Source: Tubiluchus corallicola (taxonomy: Eukaryota; Animalia; Priapulida). From it: a stretch of 23,618 nucleotides of DNA. Positions within the stretch are counted from its first letter, which is position 1. Each line of letters begins with the position of its first letter. Where the stretch lies: positions 1 through 23,618 of the forward strand of contig JAQGDQ010001838.1 of the NCBI GenBank assembly GCA_030141605.1, written 5' to 3'. The translations under genes and the position numbers were made by a program. Shown here piece after piece: positions 11,316 through 21,907 of this stretch. Below the pieces are notes generated by a model. It made no database searches. It was not told the origin of the DNA and saw only the letters and a program-made list of their open reading frames with translations.

Positions 11316-11470
11316 GAGAAATTATTGTTGAAAGACGAAATAACCTTAATTTATCCTTCGCTGATTGGTTGCTTTTTCCTGGAACTCTGTACAGGAGACA
11401 GTTCTCTTGGGCTGTAGCAAGCAGGCGATCAATAAATTAGCGTGTACGATCACGCAAGTGTACACCAGAC
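11316..11470 (+). pseudogene. Possible decayed WSC exon (class E-like pseudo-exon)
   Basis: ttttttaag| followed by GEIIVER (cf. GENISER), then in a shifted frame LIGCFF...SSLGL*QAGD (cf. YVGCF..SSNLDTEQAED); frameshift, stops, no clear donor. Confidence 0.35.
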
Positions 11471-12169
11471 TAAGCTACTCAATAAGCTAAGTTAGAGAGC
11501 CTGAAAAGGAGGGGAGTGTTTAATGCATTTTGTTATTAACTTTTTATTCAAGAAGCTGAAAGGTCAGAGGTCTTTTTTTTACTTAATTTGAAGCATTAAA
11601 ACGGCATATATTGCATTATTCTGTTTTAAAAGTGCATTAGTAGTGTAAGCAGTGCAATTATTATACATATTGTTGCTTCCTGACTGACTACTATACTATA
11701 CCTGTATTACATAACTTGTAAGACTAATAAGCAAGCTAGCAAGTTTTTTTCTTTTTTCTCTTCATCTCCTAAGTAATTGTTGCTCTTTCTCATACTTACT
11801 TTTTCTCTTAAATTTTTCTATATTGCACTTTTTTGATACTTATTTTATCTCTCCATACTCTCAGTTTTTTAACTTTACTCACTAACCTTGGTCAAATTCC
11901 CTTGTTAATAAGACCCCTGTTGTATGATAATTACTGATTATTACCCTAATATTATATTATTACCCTGATTATTACCCTAATAATTACTGATTAATTGTAT
12001 TGTTTTGTTTAGATTTAGTATCTAACTTTATTATTTTCTGTTTTCACTACTTTTTTGATAATTTGTATCATTTATACTGTTTTTATTATTATTTTTTTCA
12101 TATTTGTTTTTTGCTTTTGTTATCTGCAGCATCACCATTTAATTTTAATATACTAATCTATTTACAAGA

Positions 12170-12305
12170 AAGGGCAGGAGACTAGATGACCCTATGGTCC
12201 TTCCCTGCCCTGCTCCACGATAATAATTACGTAATATTTACAAAAATTTTTATGTCAAACTAACTGGAGAAAATAAATGTTCTATGTTCTATACTATGCT
12301 ATACC
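12170..12305 (+). mobile_element. Probable 3' tail of a CR1/L2-type LINE or SINE
   Basis: gggcagg...cctgccc stem, aataaa, then a short tandem tail (tgttcta)2 tactatgctat, preceded by a T-rich tract. Confidence 0.4.
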
Positions 12306-12336
12306 ATTTCTGCTGTTGATGCTTTGCTTTTTACAG

Positions 12337-12648
12337 CGTGGAAAGGAAGTCGTCATGACTACCGAGGATGCTGGAAATTTCCATCTTCCGTCAGTTTTGC
12401 AGAAACGATACCTGATATAAAATCATCCTATGAATGCATACATCTATGCAAACAGCACAGTATAACCATTCATACGTCATTTACGTTTGCAATTCACGAA
12501 TTGAAAAATCAGAGGCATTATTGTCACTGTGACGACACTGTGGGAACTGGGAACGCCATTGAAGCTGCGGAGTTTTCCTGTCGAAAGTGCCCGGATGCGG
12601 AAGGTGGTTACTGTGGCGATGAGGGTTTTGCTGTGTATGCTACAGCAG
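12337..12648 (+). CDS. Multi-WSC gene exon, domain A'
   Basis: ttttacag|CG acceptor, GCAG|gtgtgt donor, 312 nt, phase 1-1; shares GCW.F, PDIK, S.Y.C, CHCD, C.KC.D, G.CGD, FA.Y.T with exon 2204-2530. Confidence 0.9.
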
Positions 12649-12785
12649 GTGTGTCTGTAATCCATATATTATTAAATATATTATTAAAACGTGTCTATTT
12701 AAGTACTTAATTGTTCCACTAGGGGCATTTTAGTGTATACTTGTACTAAAAAATAAATTCATGGCTCAATTTACGTTCGTTTGCC

Positions 12786-13434
12786 GATAAACGTACCTTA
12801 CTCTTAGTGTCCAGATTGCACTTTGAGTACCTTTATGGCAAGTGTGTGCAAACTACGGCCCGTCAAGATATCTTGCATGGCCCGTGGTTACATACGATAA
12901 ACGTACCTTACTGTTAGTGTCCAGATTGCACTTTGAGTACCTTTATGCCAAGTGTGTGCAAACTGTGGCCCGTCGAGATATCTTGCATGGCCCGTGGTTA
13001 CATACGATAAACATACCTTGCTCTTAGTGTCCAGATTGCACTTTGAGTACCTTTATGGCAAGGGTGTGCAAACTACGGCCCGTCGAGATATCTTGCATGG
13101 CCCGTGGTTACATACGATAAACATACCTTACTCTTAGTGTCCAGAATGCACTTTGAGTACATTTATGGCAAGTGTGTGCAAACTACGGCCCGTCGAGAGA
13201 TCTTGCATGGCCCGTGGTTACATACGATAAACGTACCTTACTCTTAGTGTCCAGATTGCACTTTGAATACCTTTATTGCAAGGGTGTGCACACTACGGCC
13301 CGTCGAGAGTTCTTGCGTAGCCCGTGGTTACATACGATAAACGTACCTTACTCTTAGTGTCCAGATTGCACTTTGAGTACCTTTATGGCAAGGGTGTGCA
13401 AACTACGGCCCGTCGAGAGTTCTTACGTGGCCCG
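12786..13434 (+). repeat. 110-bp tandem repeat, ~6 units, containing the hAT MITE left end
   Basis: Units start at 12786, 12896, 13006, 13116, 13226, 13336; each carries g(g/t)gtgtgcaaactacggcccg..ggcccg. Confidence 0.95.
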
Positions 13435-13960
13435 CGAAGAGGTTTGTCAACCTAATGAAAGTGCGACCCGGGCAACGAATTGAGTCGCATGTACCAGGAA
13501 GTTCTTTCTAGCTGAAGTCCATGCCATGATCATTTTGACTTGGTTATTTTATATCTATTATATTTACAAGTAGCTCGCAGTTTGACCCCTTGATATCAGT
13601 GTGGTCACCCCTGATATAGGGGGAGGGGTTTCCCAGATTGTACTTTCTGTTTAGGCTAGGTAGTACATACCTCGATCAGCAGTTGTTTCATTGTTTCATC
13701 AGGTGTAGTGTTCTTATACGTCAGAATCAGAATCAGTGCTAGTGTGCATTGTAATAAGATTACAACTATCCGACATGAAAGTTGAAATCCATGGTTTTTA
13801 ATATTTAATAACCTCTAGAATAGCTTTCCTCAGTGCAGTAGTAATGATGTGATGCATCGGATGCAAAAAAATCGTTATTGGGCCCTGCTGTTCTTGGCTC
13901 CTTGACTAATCTGCATGCAGGAAAATTTAATGCGGCCCCGCCTAGTCAGATAATTTGCTT
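13390..13960 (+). mobile_element. hAT MITE, degenerate copy 2
   Basis: cccgcgaagag.tttgtcaacctaatgaaagtgcg matches ~10708-10743; tcggatgcaaaaaaatcgttatt...ctagtcagataat matches ~11022-11134. Confidence 0.8.
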
Positions 13961-14589
13961 TATGGGAACTTTGGTGGGTCTATCAAAATCTCTCCTTTCT
14001 GCAGTGGTTCCCAAACTGCTGGTCAAGACCCCCAAAGGACTTTTTTCTGGGTGCCGTGGAGGGTGTATATACATTCAACTCACCAGAACGGTTCTCGTTC
14101 CTTTATCATCGACTTACCACAGTGAACTAACACATCGCCAGCAAAAAAACGCTACTGATGTTCATGTAAAGGAAGACGGAATAAATGAAACTAAAGTAGG
14201 AAAAGCAAAAAAAGCATTGTAAACTTATCTAGTGCTGATGGCTTAATCACCGAAGACATGAGTCTGGATGAAGCAATAGAGGAACTGCAGGAATCCATCA
14301 GGAAATCAGATCCGGTAGTGTCACAGAACCACGTTGCTTAAAAATTCTGCCAATTCCAATCAAATATGTCCAGTAAACATTGATCTGCTGCAAAACTAGC
14401 TTGAAATTTGATTTTTGTATATTTTGGTTATAGGGTTATTGATCTCCTGCCCGCTTTTTTTTGAAGTGTTTCCTGCTTTTCGTTTTCTCCACACTGTCGC
14501 CACTAGGACCTTGCTTGTACCAAGCGGTACCTCATGAATATCACTTAGTTAAAAAAATCACTCTTAATTGTATGTCAAAACAATATACT

Positions 14590-15057
14590 CTTTAAAATAT
14601 TGAAAGGAAACGTAATGTTTTTTCAAAAAGGACTTACATGAAAGAATTATTACCACACATACTCAATTTCGTGTTCGCGTCACTAGTTCTTCGCTGTTAC
14701 ATGCATTTTGCCATTTGCCAGTCAGAGTAGACCTGCATTTCGAAAAACAAGTTGCAAAATACAGGTGCTGTACCTCTGAGTTCAGGTGTGTCAGTTTGTG
14801 ATGAACTGCACACGTTAGCACTGCACACAAACTGAGCACTGTGGTAAACTAGAAATTTGAAATTTTGTCTTAGAACCTGCCTAGTTTTAGTACAACACTC
14901 TGAATATCTTACAGTAGCACTGTTCTTCAATTTTCGCTTTCGCAAACACGTGCAACACGCTCCTGGAATATTTTTGATTCTGAAAACTATGTGATGTCGT
15001 CATTAGTTAGGCTCGTCTGCCATTAATTAAGATTTTAATCTGTTATTTCATTATCAG
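14590..15057 (-). repeat. Unclassified interspersed repeat, copy 2 (inverted relative to 5696-6300)
   Basis: Reverse-complement similarity to 5696-6300; homology may extend to ~15147. Confidence 0.85.
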
Positions 15058-15157
15058 ACACAGTTTTGCAGTATTAATCGTGTTAAAATGTATACTTTCT
15101 ATTGGACTTGAAAATCATGTAGTATATGAAAAATCATCCTGTCTTTAACTCTTTCAG

Positions 15158-15451
15158 ATCCACAACAATATCAAGGATGTTTTGCATATTACAAACATGG
15201 TACATACTTTCCTGTTACTGTTTCACTGCAACAAGAATCTAGCAGTCTAGATACTGAATGTTTAACTCAGTGCAGAGATAGAGGATATTATTTTGCCAGC
15301 CTCCATTATAGTCTGCAGACTGGAGAATATACATGTCAATGTGGCAATGGATTTTCGTTTGAGAAATTTTCTACAAACTGTGTAAGCTGTACGAAGACTA
15401 CAACTGGAACCTGTCCTGGCATGCATTCGGTTTCTGTTTACTCAACTGAAA
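15158..15451 (+). CDS. Multi-WSC gene exon, domain B'
   Basis: ctctttcag|AT acceptor, GAAA|gtaagt donor, 294 nt, phase 1-1; PQQYQGCFAYYKHG...ECLTQCRDRGYYFA...TCQCGN..NCVSC...TCPGMHSVSVYSTE; shares Y.GCFAYY and C.DRGY with domain B. Largely absent from the ORF track. Confidence 0.9.
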
Positions 15452-15562
15452 GTAAGTTGGAGCTTCTAAGCTGTTGTTTCGGCGTGGCTATGAAATGTAA
15501 ACAGCATTTTTGTCTGATTAGGATAGCGATTATTTATTTATTTATTTATTTATTTGTTATTT

Positions 15563-16070
15563 TTTCTTCTTCCCAGCTTTTCCCTATGCGGGGTCGCCGT
15601 TGTGAATGAGTTTTCTCCACGCATTCCTGTTGTTGACCATCTCTTCATTTATGTCTTCCCTTCCCACATGATCTTCACCGACTCTTCTTTTCAGGTGTCC
15701 ATACCATCGCAATCTTGCGAGGCTTCCACTACTTTTACTGTTCCTCTGATATTATTATTTCTAATTTTATCTCTTCTTGTTATTCCCACCATTCATCTCA
15801 ACGTCCTCATCTCCACCACACCCATTTTCTTCTCTTCGGTCGTCTTTAGAGAAGCTGCTTCCAGCCCATAGATTAGAGCGGGTCTGACCACTCTCTTTGT
15901 GGACTTTACCTTTAAGTCTCACCGACTCATTCATAGAAGGTTTTGGCATAGTTTACAGTTACAGTTACAGGCGGATGCACTTCCTGACCCTAACCCTCCC
16001 TATTTATCCGCGCTTGGGACCGCACTGAGTTGGGCTGGCTTGCTCCCCCCCCCCCCCAGTGGCTAGGTTT
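15563..16070 (-). mobile_element. Internally deleted RTE-clade LINE relic
   Basis: Minus strand reads RLKGKVHK/RVVRPALIYGLEAASLKTTEEKKMGVVEMRTLR*MVGITRRDKIRNNNIRGTVKVVE../LRWYGHLKR, typical of the RTE ORF C-terminus; 3' end gcgacccc..gggaaaagctgg(gaa)3. Assigning 15937-16070 to the element's 5' region is from memory of RTE sequences. Confidence 0.82.
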
Positions 16071-16339
16071 GTTATTTGTTATTTATTCGGCACAAAAATA
16101 TATACATTTATAACATTTATACACTAGTAAAAAGAGAACAGTAAAATTACAGCCCGAGAGTTTTGCCTACCAATGTGTACCATGGATGACATGAAGGAAA
16201 TAAATCCTCAAACAGACCACTGCCTGTCTTCCATTGTATGGTCATTTCTTCTTCTCTTTTCCTTCTTCCTGTCCCTAATCTTACTATTTTTTCCATTCCA
16301 TCATGTCTACTAACCCTAACCATTCTTTCATTCACTCAT

Positions 16340-16515
16340 TTGTGCCACCCTAACAAGCCAAGCTTTCAAGGTGTCATACAGCAACTCTTTTATTTTGTTA
16401 ATTTGACTTCATCAACGTTTTTTTTACCTATACTGTTTCTTTTTTTTTCAGTAATATTGTATGTTGATGTATTGTATATGTATTGCTGGAGTGAAATAAA
16501 TTGATTAATTGATTG
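16340..16515 (+). mobile_element. Possible LINE/SINE 3' tail fragment
   Basis: T-rich tract ending in aataaa followed by (ttga)n-like tandem tail. Confidence 0.3.
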
Positions 16516-17042
16516 AAAGTCACGTTAATAAAACTTAGATTATCTAAGTGTGATATGCATCTGCATGCTCGTGGCTAAAACGTGTCTACTAGTTGACTGC
16601 TTTTAAGATATAAGCAAATATTTACTTTAAAACAAACTCAGTCTGTGCAAACTCTTCTCGTTAAATTAAAAAAAAACAAAATCCATATTTATATTATAAA
16701 ATATTAATTCATATATAATTTTCTACAAAACTCCATTGTGTGAGGAGCAGAATGTATGTTTTTCACTGTAGTAGTTTTTCATGAACCCCGTGCAAAATGG
16801 AGCAAACTCTTACAGTCCTGAAGGAGTTAACATAAATAAATAATGATTACTTACTCTAAATTAGTTGAATGTACTTTATACCTAAATTAGTAACTCTAAA
16901 ACAATTTCTCACCAGTATAAACCCTGTTCATGTAATGGGCTTACATCTTAAATATTTTATGGATTTTTAGTGTTTAATAATAAAGCAGTTTTTGTTTGTT
17001 AATCGCAAGGACTGCTTAGTGGACATCTGCTTTTTACTTTAG

Positions 17043-17378
17043 ACTTTGCGGTCGAATCGGACGTATTGGGCTGCTGGGAAAATAAAGTTCGAGGACGTCA
17101 TGTCTGGCTTGACATTGATACACGAGACATGCCATATGTGACTACGTTCCCTAACTTGACACCTGACACGTGCAGGGCGCATTGCTTTGAGCTTGGTTAC
17201 GCTTACGCGGGTTTGGAAAATGGAACAGATTGCTACTGCGGTAACACGTACGGTCGATTTCTGCCCGCCAAGTCCCCGTGCGATAAAGAATGTGGGACGG
17301 GTGGCAAGTGTAACTTGTATGACACATCTTGCTTAACTTGTGGTGGAGATAATGCTCTGGAGGTGTATCCCACAAATG
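17043..17378 (+). CDS. Multi-WSC gene exon, domain C'
   Basis: ttttactttag|AC acceptor, AATG|gtaaga donor, 336 nt (same as C), phase 1-1; GCWENK..DMPY..NLTP..C..HC..LGYAYAGL..GTDC.CG..YGR shared with domain C (10 Cys). Confidence 0.93.
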
Positions 17379-18340
17379 GTAAGAATCTTGTAACTTTAGG
17401 AAGGTGCATTTAAAAGAGACACGTACACCTCTGGTCATCTCAGAGAAAGTTTTGAAACTGTTTTTTCTTATTGTCTTCCTGCATGATCTAAATGATGTTG
17501 TTTAAAATTTATTCATCTAGCATTAATTTTCTAGAAATTTTATGCAAAGAACTAAGAAATGTATTGGTCAAATTACATTTTATTAAGACATATTATCATA
17601 TCATATTAGTTATTGTTTAATGCAGCTTCTGCAGCTACTGTGTTAACGTTACAATAAATAAATAATCAGTAACCTTTCAGTAAACAAATGCTGAATAAAC
17701 ATCCTGAAGCGTTTGGAAGAAAACGAGCTAAGAATGTTTGCTTGTGGGTCTTTTTCAGAGACCTTGTAACACATGCCAAAGTGCGAAACGGACACTAAAC
17801 CAAACTTTATCAAACAATTAAAAACATTTCCAAAGTGTCCTGTATCTATGAACATAATCTATACACTGCCTTTGGAACAATACTTTCTCAGTAAAGGCAT
17901 AGCTTCGTTAACTGTCCCAGAGGTCGCAACCCTCATATCTCGGTATCCGATATCAGAAAAATGAGGCGAAAACTGGACCATTCAAAGTCCCGCATAATGC
18001 GAATATAGTCTGTTGTTTCGCGAGCTGACCGCTGGTTGGCTGGCCGTCACTTTGTTTACATCACATACATCAGTGTAACCACGTGTATAGCTCTATGAAT
18101 AAAAATATAGAATCAATTATGCTGAGTTATTAGAGTCAATTGCCGACAGTTTTTACATATCTTTGAATAGGAGCGACAGGTACTAGAAGTTTTTGAGACA
18201 ATTAGACAACTGATTCTAGATTACCGTGAGTCTAATACACGGCACTTACTGTATTAGCTTAGTATTGGTAAATACAGATAATTGGCAAATTCGGACCAAC
18301 GTCTCTCCGCTTTTGTCCAGCAGACCGAGATATGAGTGCA

Positions 18341-18841
18341 TACATTTTACATTTTCTGTATTTTCTTGGCAAATGAAGCAAAGTGCTTTGACATTGGTAC
18401 AGATGAACTAAAACTTTGGGTAATTTTGTTTTGTTTAAGTTAGCAGAAATTCTAGGTAGAACTGCAGCACTAGTAGGCTTTGCTGTTTTTTGCTGCTTTC
18501 TTTAGGGACCTCACGCCATTGGCAAGTCGGACATCTTGCATTGAGAAAGTTACTCACGCCCCACGAATAGTGAGGAAAGGCTGCATCTTGTTGAAAAACT
18601 GCAATGTTAATAGTGAGCGCATAGTGTCGTCCATTTGATGCTCTGAACCTCATGTCACTCTGATTTTAAACCTCGTTTCTAACGTTACTGTCGTTGCCAT
18701 AGCAACGGGTTTTCATTCAAGAAATAAATAAAACGTATTGTTAAACGCCCCTTTGATTCTTGTAAGAGTTTCCTGAGACTGGAGAAAATTTAAAAAGAAA
18801 ATTAGAAATCAAAGTGTATAGTAACTTTTTGAGGCACGCTG
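18341..18841 (-). mobile_element. Tc1/mariner-derived MITE, copy 2 (inverted, one end degraded)
   Basis: Ends gtaactttttgaggcacgctg|TA; reverse complement matches 4701-5200; minus-strand peptide VFQQDAAFPHYSWGVSNFLNARCP resembles the transposase FQQDGAPxH motif. Confidence 0.78.
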
Positions 18842-19794
18842 TATTATACACATACACATATACATAACCCATCTGCATATTGCTGCGTGATGCGTATTCG
18901 GATGACGGTGATCACGTTCGAATGAATACAAATCACCCGTCACGCATTATGGCACTTCTACATGTTTAAAGGAAGAGTCAAGTCTCTCGAGAAGTTGAGC
19001 TTATTTAAATATTTGGAAAAAATGTTAGAAAATTTAAACAATAAAATTGTGATAAGCATCTATCGCGTAATTAGCAAAATCAATTTAAAGTTGTCGTCAT
19101 TTCACTCTTGGGGGCGCTCATTTTAGACGAAAAATGGCGTCAACCGGTTTCCGTGCAATATAAACACTCATCCCGCCAGGTGCTTCAGAATCTTTTTTTA
19201 ACTTGTAGAGTGAATTCTATAAACTAAGTAACCAGCCCGGCACCTACTACGCGCTGGCAATTTTACATGCGTATCTAAAAGTCAACAAAATACTGTAAAT
19301 TAATTATTTACACCATTAATGTTAATTACTAACACATTTTAAGGTGTAATCCTGTAGATTAAAGCAAAGTAACCACTTTAAATTTGATCATAATTGACCG
19401 AATGACTAATTTCTAGAAAAACACAGTTAAATACAACATTAGAATAGCGTAACTTCTAAGCAAACTGTAGAAATTTCTCAACTCGTACGTTCATCACAGC
19501 TTGACTTTACGACATTCACCCTGCCTAGCATACACCAGCTTACGTCATTTTTTTTACATATGCCGGCATCAATGTTCGTTTGGTGGTAGATAAGAAATAT
19601 TTAAATTTCTTTGCCATTTTTATGCAAAGCGTTCTATACGCATATTTTGTATTGTGATTTCAATATTTTTAATTGTACATTAAAATGCAATAAATGTTGT
19701 TCCAGAGTTTTTTCTTCGATTAGATACAAACTGATGTATACGCATTACGAATCACGCATCATGCAAACGTAGAGTCATACCTTTATTGTAAATT

Positions 19795-20520
19795 GTCACT
19801 GTTATTGTCATTGTTACTGTCAGTGTCATTGTTACTGTCAGTGTCATTGTCACTGATATTGTCATTGTTACTGTCATTGTCATTGTTACTGTTATTGTCA
19901 CTGTTATTGTCATTGTTACTGTCATTGTCATTGTTATTGTTATTGTCACTGTTATTGTCATTGTTACTGTCAGTGTCATTGTTACTGTCATTGTCATTGT
20001 CACTGATATTGTCATTGTTACTGTCATTGTCATTGTCACTGATATTGTCACTGTTATTGTCATTGTTACTGTTATTGTCACTGTTATTGTCATTGTCATT
20101 GTTACTGTTATTGTCACTGTTATTGTCATTGTTACTGTCAGTGTCATTGTCACTGATATTGTCACTGTTATTGTCATTGTTACTGTTATTGTCACTGTTA
20201 TAGTCATTGTCATTGTTACTGTTATTGTCACTGTTATTGTCATTGTTACTGTTATTGTCACTGTCATTGTTACTGTTATTGTCACTGTTATTGTCATTGT
20301 TACTGTCAGTGTCATTGTTACTGTCATTGTCATTGTCACTGATATTGTCATTGTTACTGTCATTGTCATTGTCACTGATATTGTCATTGTTACTGTCAGT
20401 GTCATTGTTACTGTCATTGTCATTTTCACTGATATTGTCATTGTCACTGTCATTGTCATTGTTACTGTTATTGTCACTGTTATTGTCATTGTCACTGTCA
20501 CTGTCATTGTCACTGTCATT
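19795..20520. repeat. Hexamer array GT(C/T)A(C/T)T, 121 units
   Basis: Strict 6-bp phase of gtcatt/gttact/gttatt/gtcact with occasional gatatt and gtcagt units. Confidence 0.96.
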
Positions 20521-20553
20521 GTTGCTAACTGTTAATTCTTTACTTTTTCCAAG

Positions 20554-20694
20554 CGTACCTTCCGGGACACGTACTTTGGGACGGTGCGTTCAATGCCGGT
20601 TGCTTCTACTTCAATCAAAGTTTTGCGAATTATACCCTTCTGAAACTGGCATCGATGTCCCCCGTCATGTGCATCCATTACTGCTACGAGTTAG
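20554..20694 (+). CDS. Multi-WSC gene exon, first half of domain D'
   Basis: tactttttccaag|CG acceptor, TTAG|gtaggt donor, 141 nt, phase 1-1; YLPGHVLWDGAFNAGCFYFNQSFANYTLLKLASMSPVMCIHYCYEL parallels MSPRMCIYHCYDL of 7263-7388. Not in the ORF track. Confidence 0.85.
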
Positions 20695-20811
20695 GTAGGT
20701 ATGATGTAAATTTGAACGTTCTTTTCAGTTCGTATCAGTGTTAAGTTAAAATCGTAAATGTTGAACAGTGTTGAGAAGCACGATCATCGTTTCCGAAAAT
20801 TTGAATATAAT

Positions 20812-21236
20812 TACAGTAAGTCCTCACTTAACGACGCCCCGTTTAACGACGTTTCGTTTTAACGACGCTGAACATACAGTAAGTCCTCACTTAACGACTC
20901 CCCGTTTAACGACGTTTTGTTTTAACGACGCTGAACATACAGTAAGTCCTCACTTAATGACTCCCCATTTAATGACGTTTCATTTTAACGACTCTGATCA
21001 TACAGCAAGTCCTCACTTAATGACTCCCCGTTTAAAGACGTTTCATTTTAACGACGCTGAACATACGGTAAGTCTTCACTTAACGACTCCCCGTTTAACG
21101 ATGCTGAACATACAGTAAGTCCTCACTTAACGACTCCCCGTTTAACGACGTTTTGTTTTAACGACGCTGAACATACAGTAAGTCCCACTTAATGACTCCC
21201 CGTTTAGCGATGTTTCGTTTTAATGATGCTGAACAG
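20812..21236 (+). repeat. 63-bp tandem repeat, ~7 units, resembling a pogo/Tigger terminal repeat
   Basis: Unit tacagtaagtcctcacttaacgactccccgtttaacgacgttt.gttttaacgacgctgaaca at 20812, 20875, 20938, 21001, 21064 (short), 21111, 21174. Confidence 0.93.
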
Positions 21237-21907
21237 TTGACACCCATTTTCGCTTAACGACGCACGTTTCATTTTAATGACGATTTTTTACATTGCTCAC
21301 AGCCATCTTTGATTTAAGCAACAACTTTTTAATGTAATTTGAAGCATTAAAACTGCATATTGTGTTCGTCTGTTTTAAAAATACACTAGTATTGTAAAAC
21401 AGTTCCATTACTATATATTGTAACGAAGCCAGATGGCGCTGATATTATGTGTGGTTCATGTGAATGTGCAGAAACAGCAAAAATTTGATTATAAACTGCC
21501 AAGTTACTCTTCTTACACCCTCCGTGCCAGTGGAACAGGTGCTGAGCTGATAAAAAAGCGCCACCTACTAGAGCCATTACATTCCATCGTACTTATGGAA
21601 GCCAGTACACAATGGCTTCGTAACGGACAGAACCCTTACATTGCAGGGGTGGGGTTGAAGACAAAGAGCATTTGGTTACAGTATGTTTTTGCTTCCTGAC
21701 GTATCACTAAACCCTAGCCGTTTGTAACATTGAGAACTATTTGCATTCTGCTTGAACCTGAGTGCAAACTTTTTGCAATGGGATTCTGCCTGCAACCGTT
21801 GCTATACTAACCATACAAAGTATCTAAGGTCGCCCCATGGCTTGGCTGTTAGTTGAGATGTTAACTAGAGGTCTGATTAGCATAGTCTTATTTACGTTAC
21901 TTTACAG

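Noticed and set aside
12842-13357. Three similar 61-aa ORFs
   Set aside because: By-products of the 110-bp tandem repeat.
17649-17964. Overlapping short ORFs as transposase or exon
   Set aside because: No motif I could recognise and no matching splice pattern.
19752-20698. Thr-rich antifreeze-like (TVTMT) or Leu/Ser-rich proteins
   Set aside because: Open frames are automatic for this stop-free hexamer; intronic location and no signal peptide or splice context.
20768-21118. 21-aa repeat protein
   Set aside because: Translation of the 63-bp tandem repeat.
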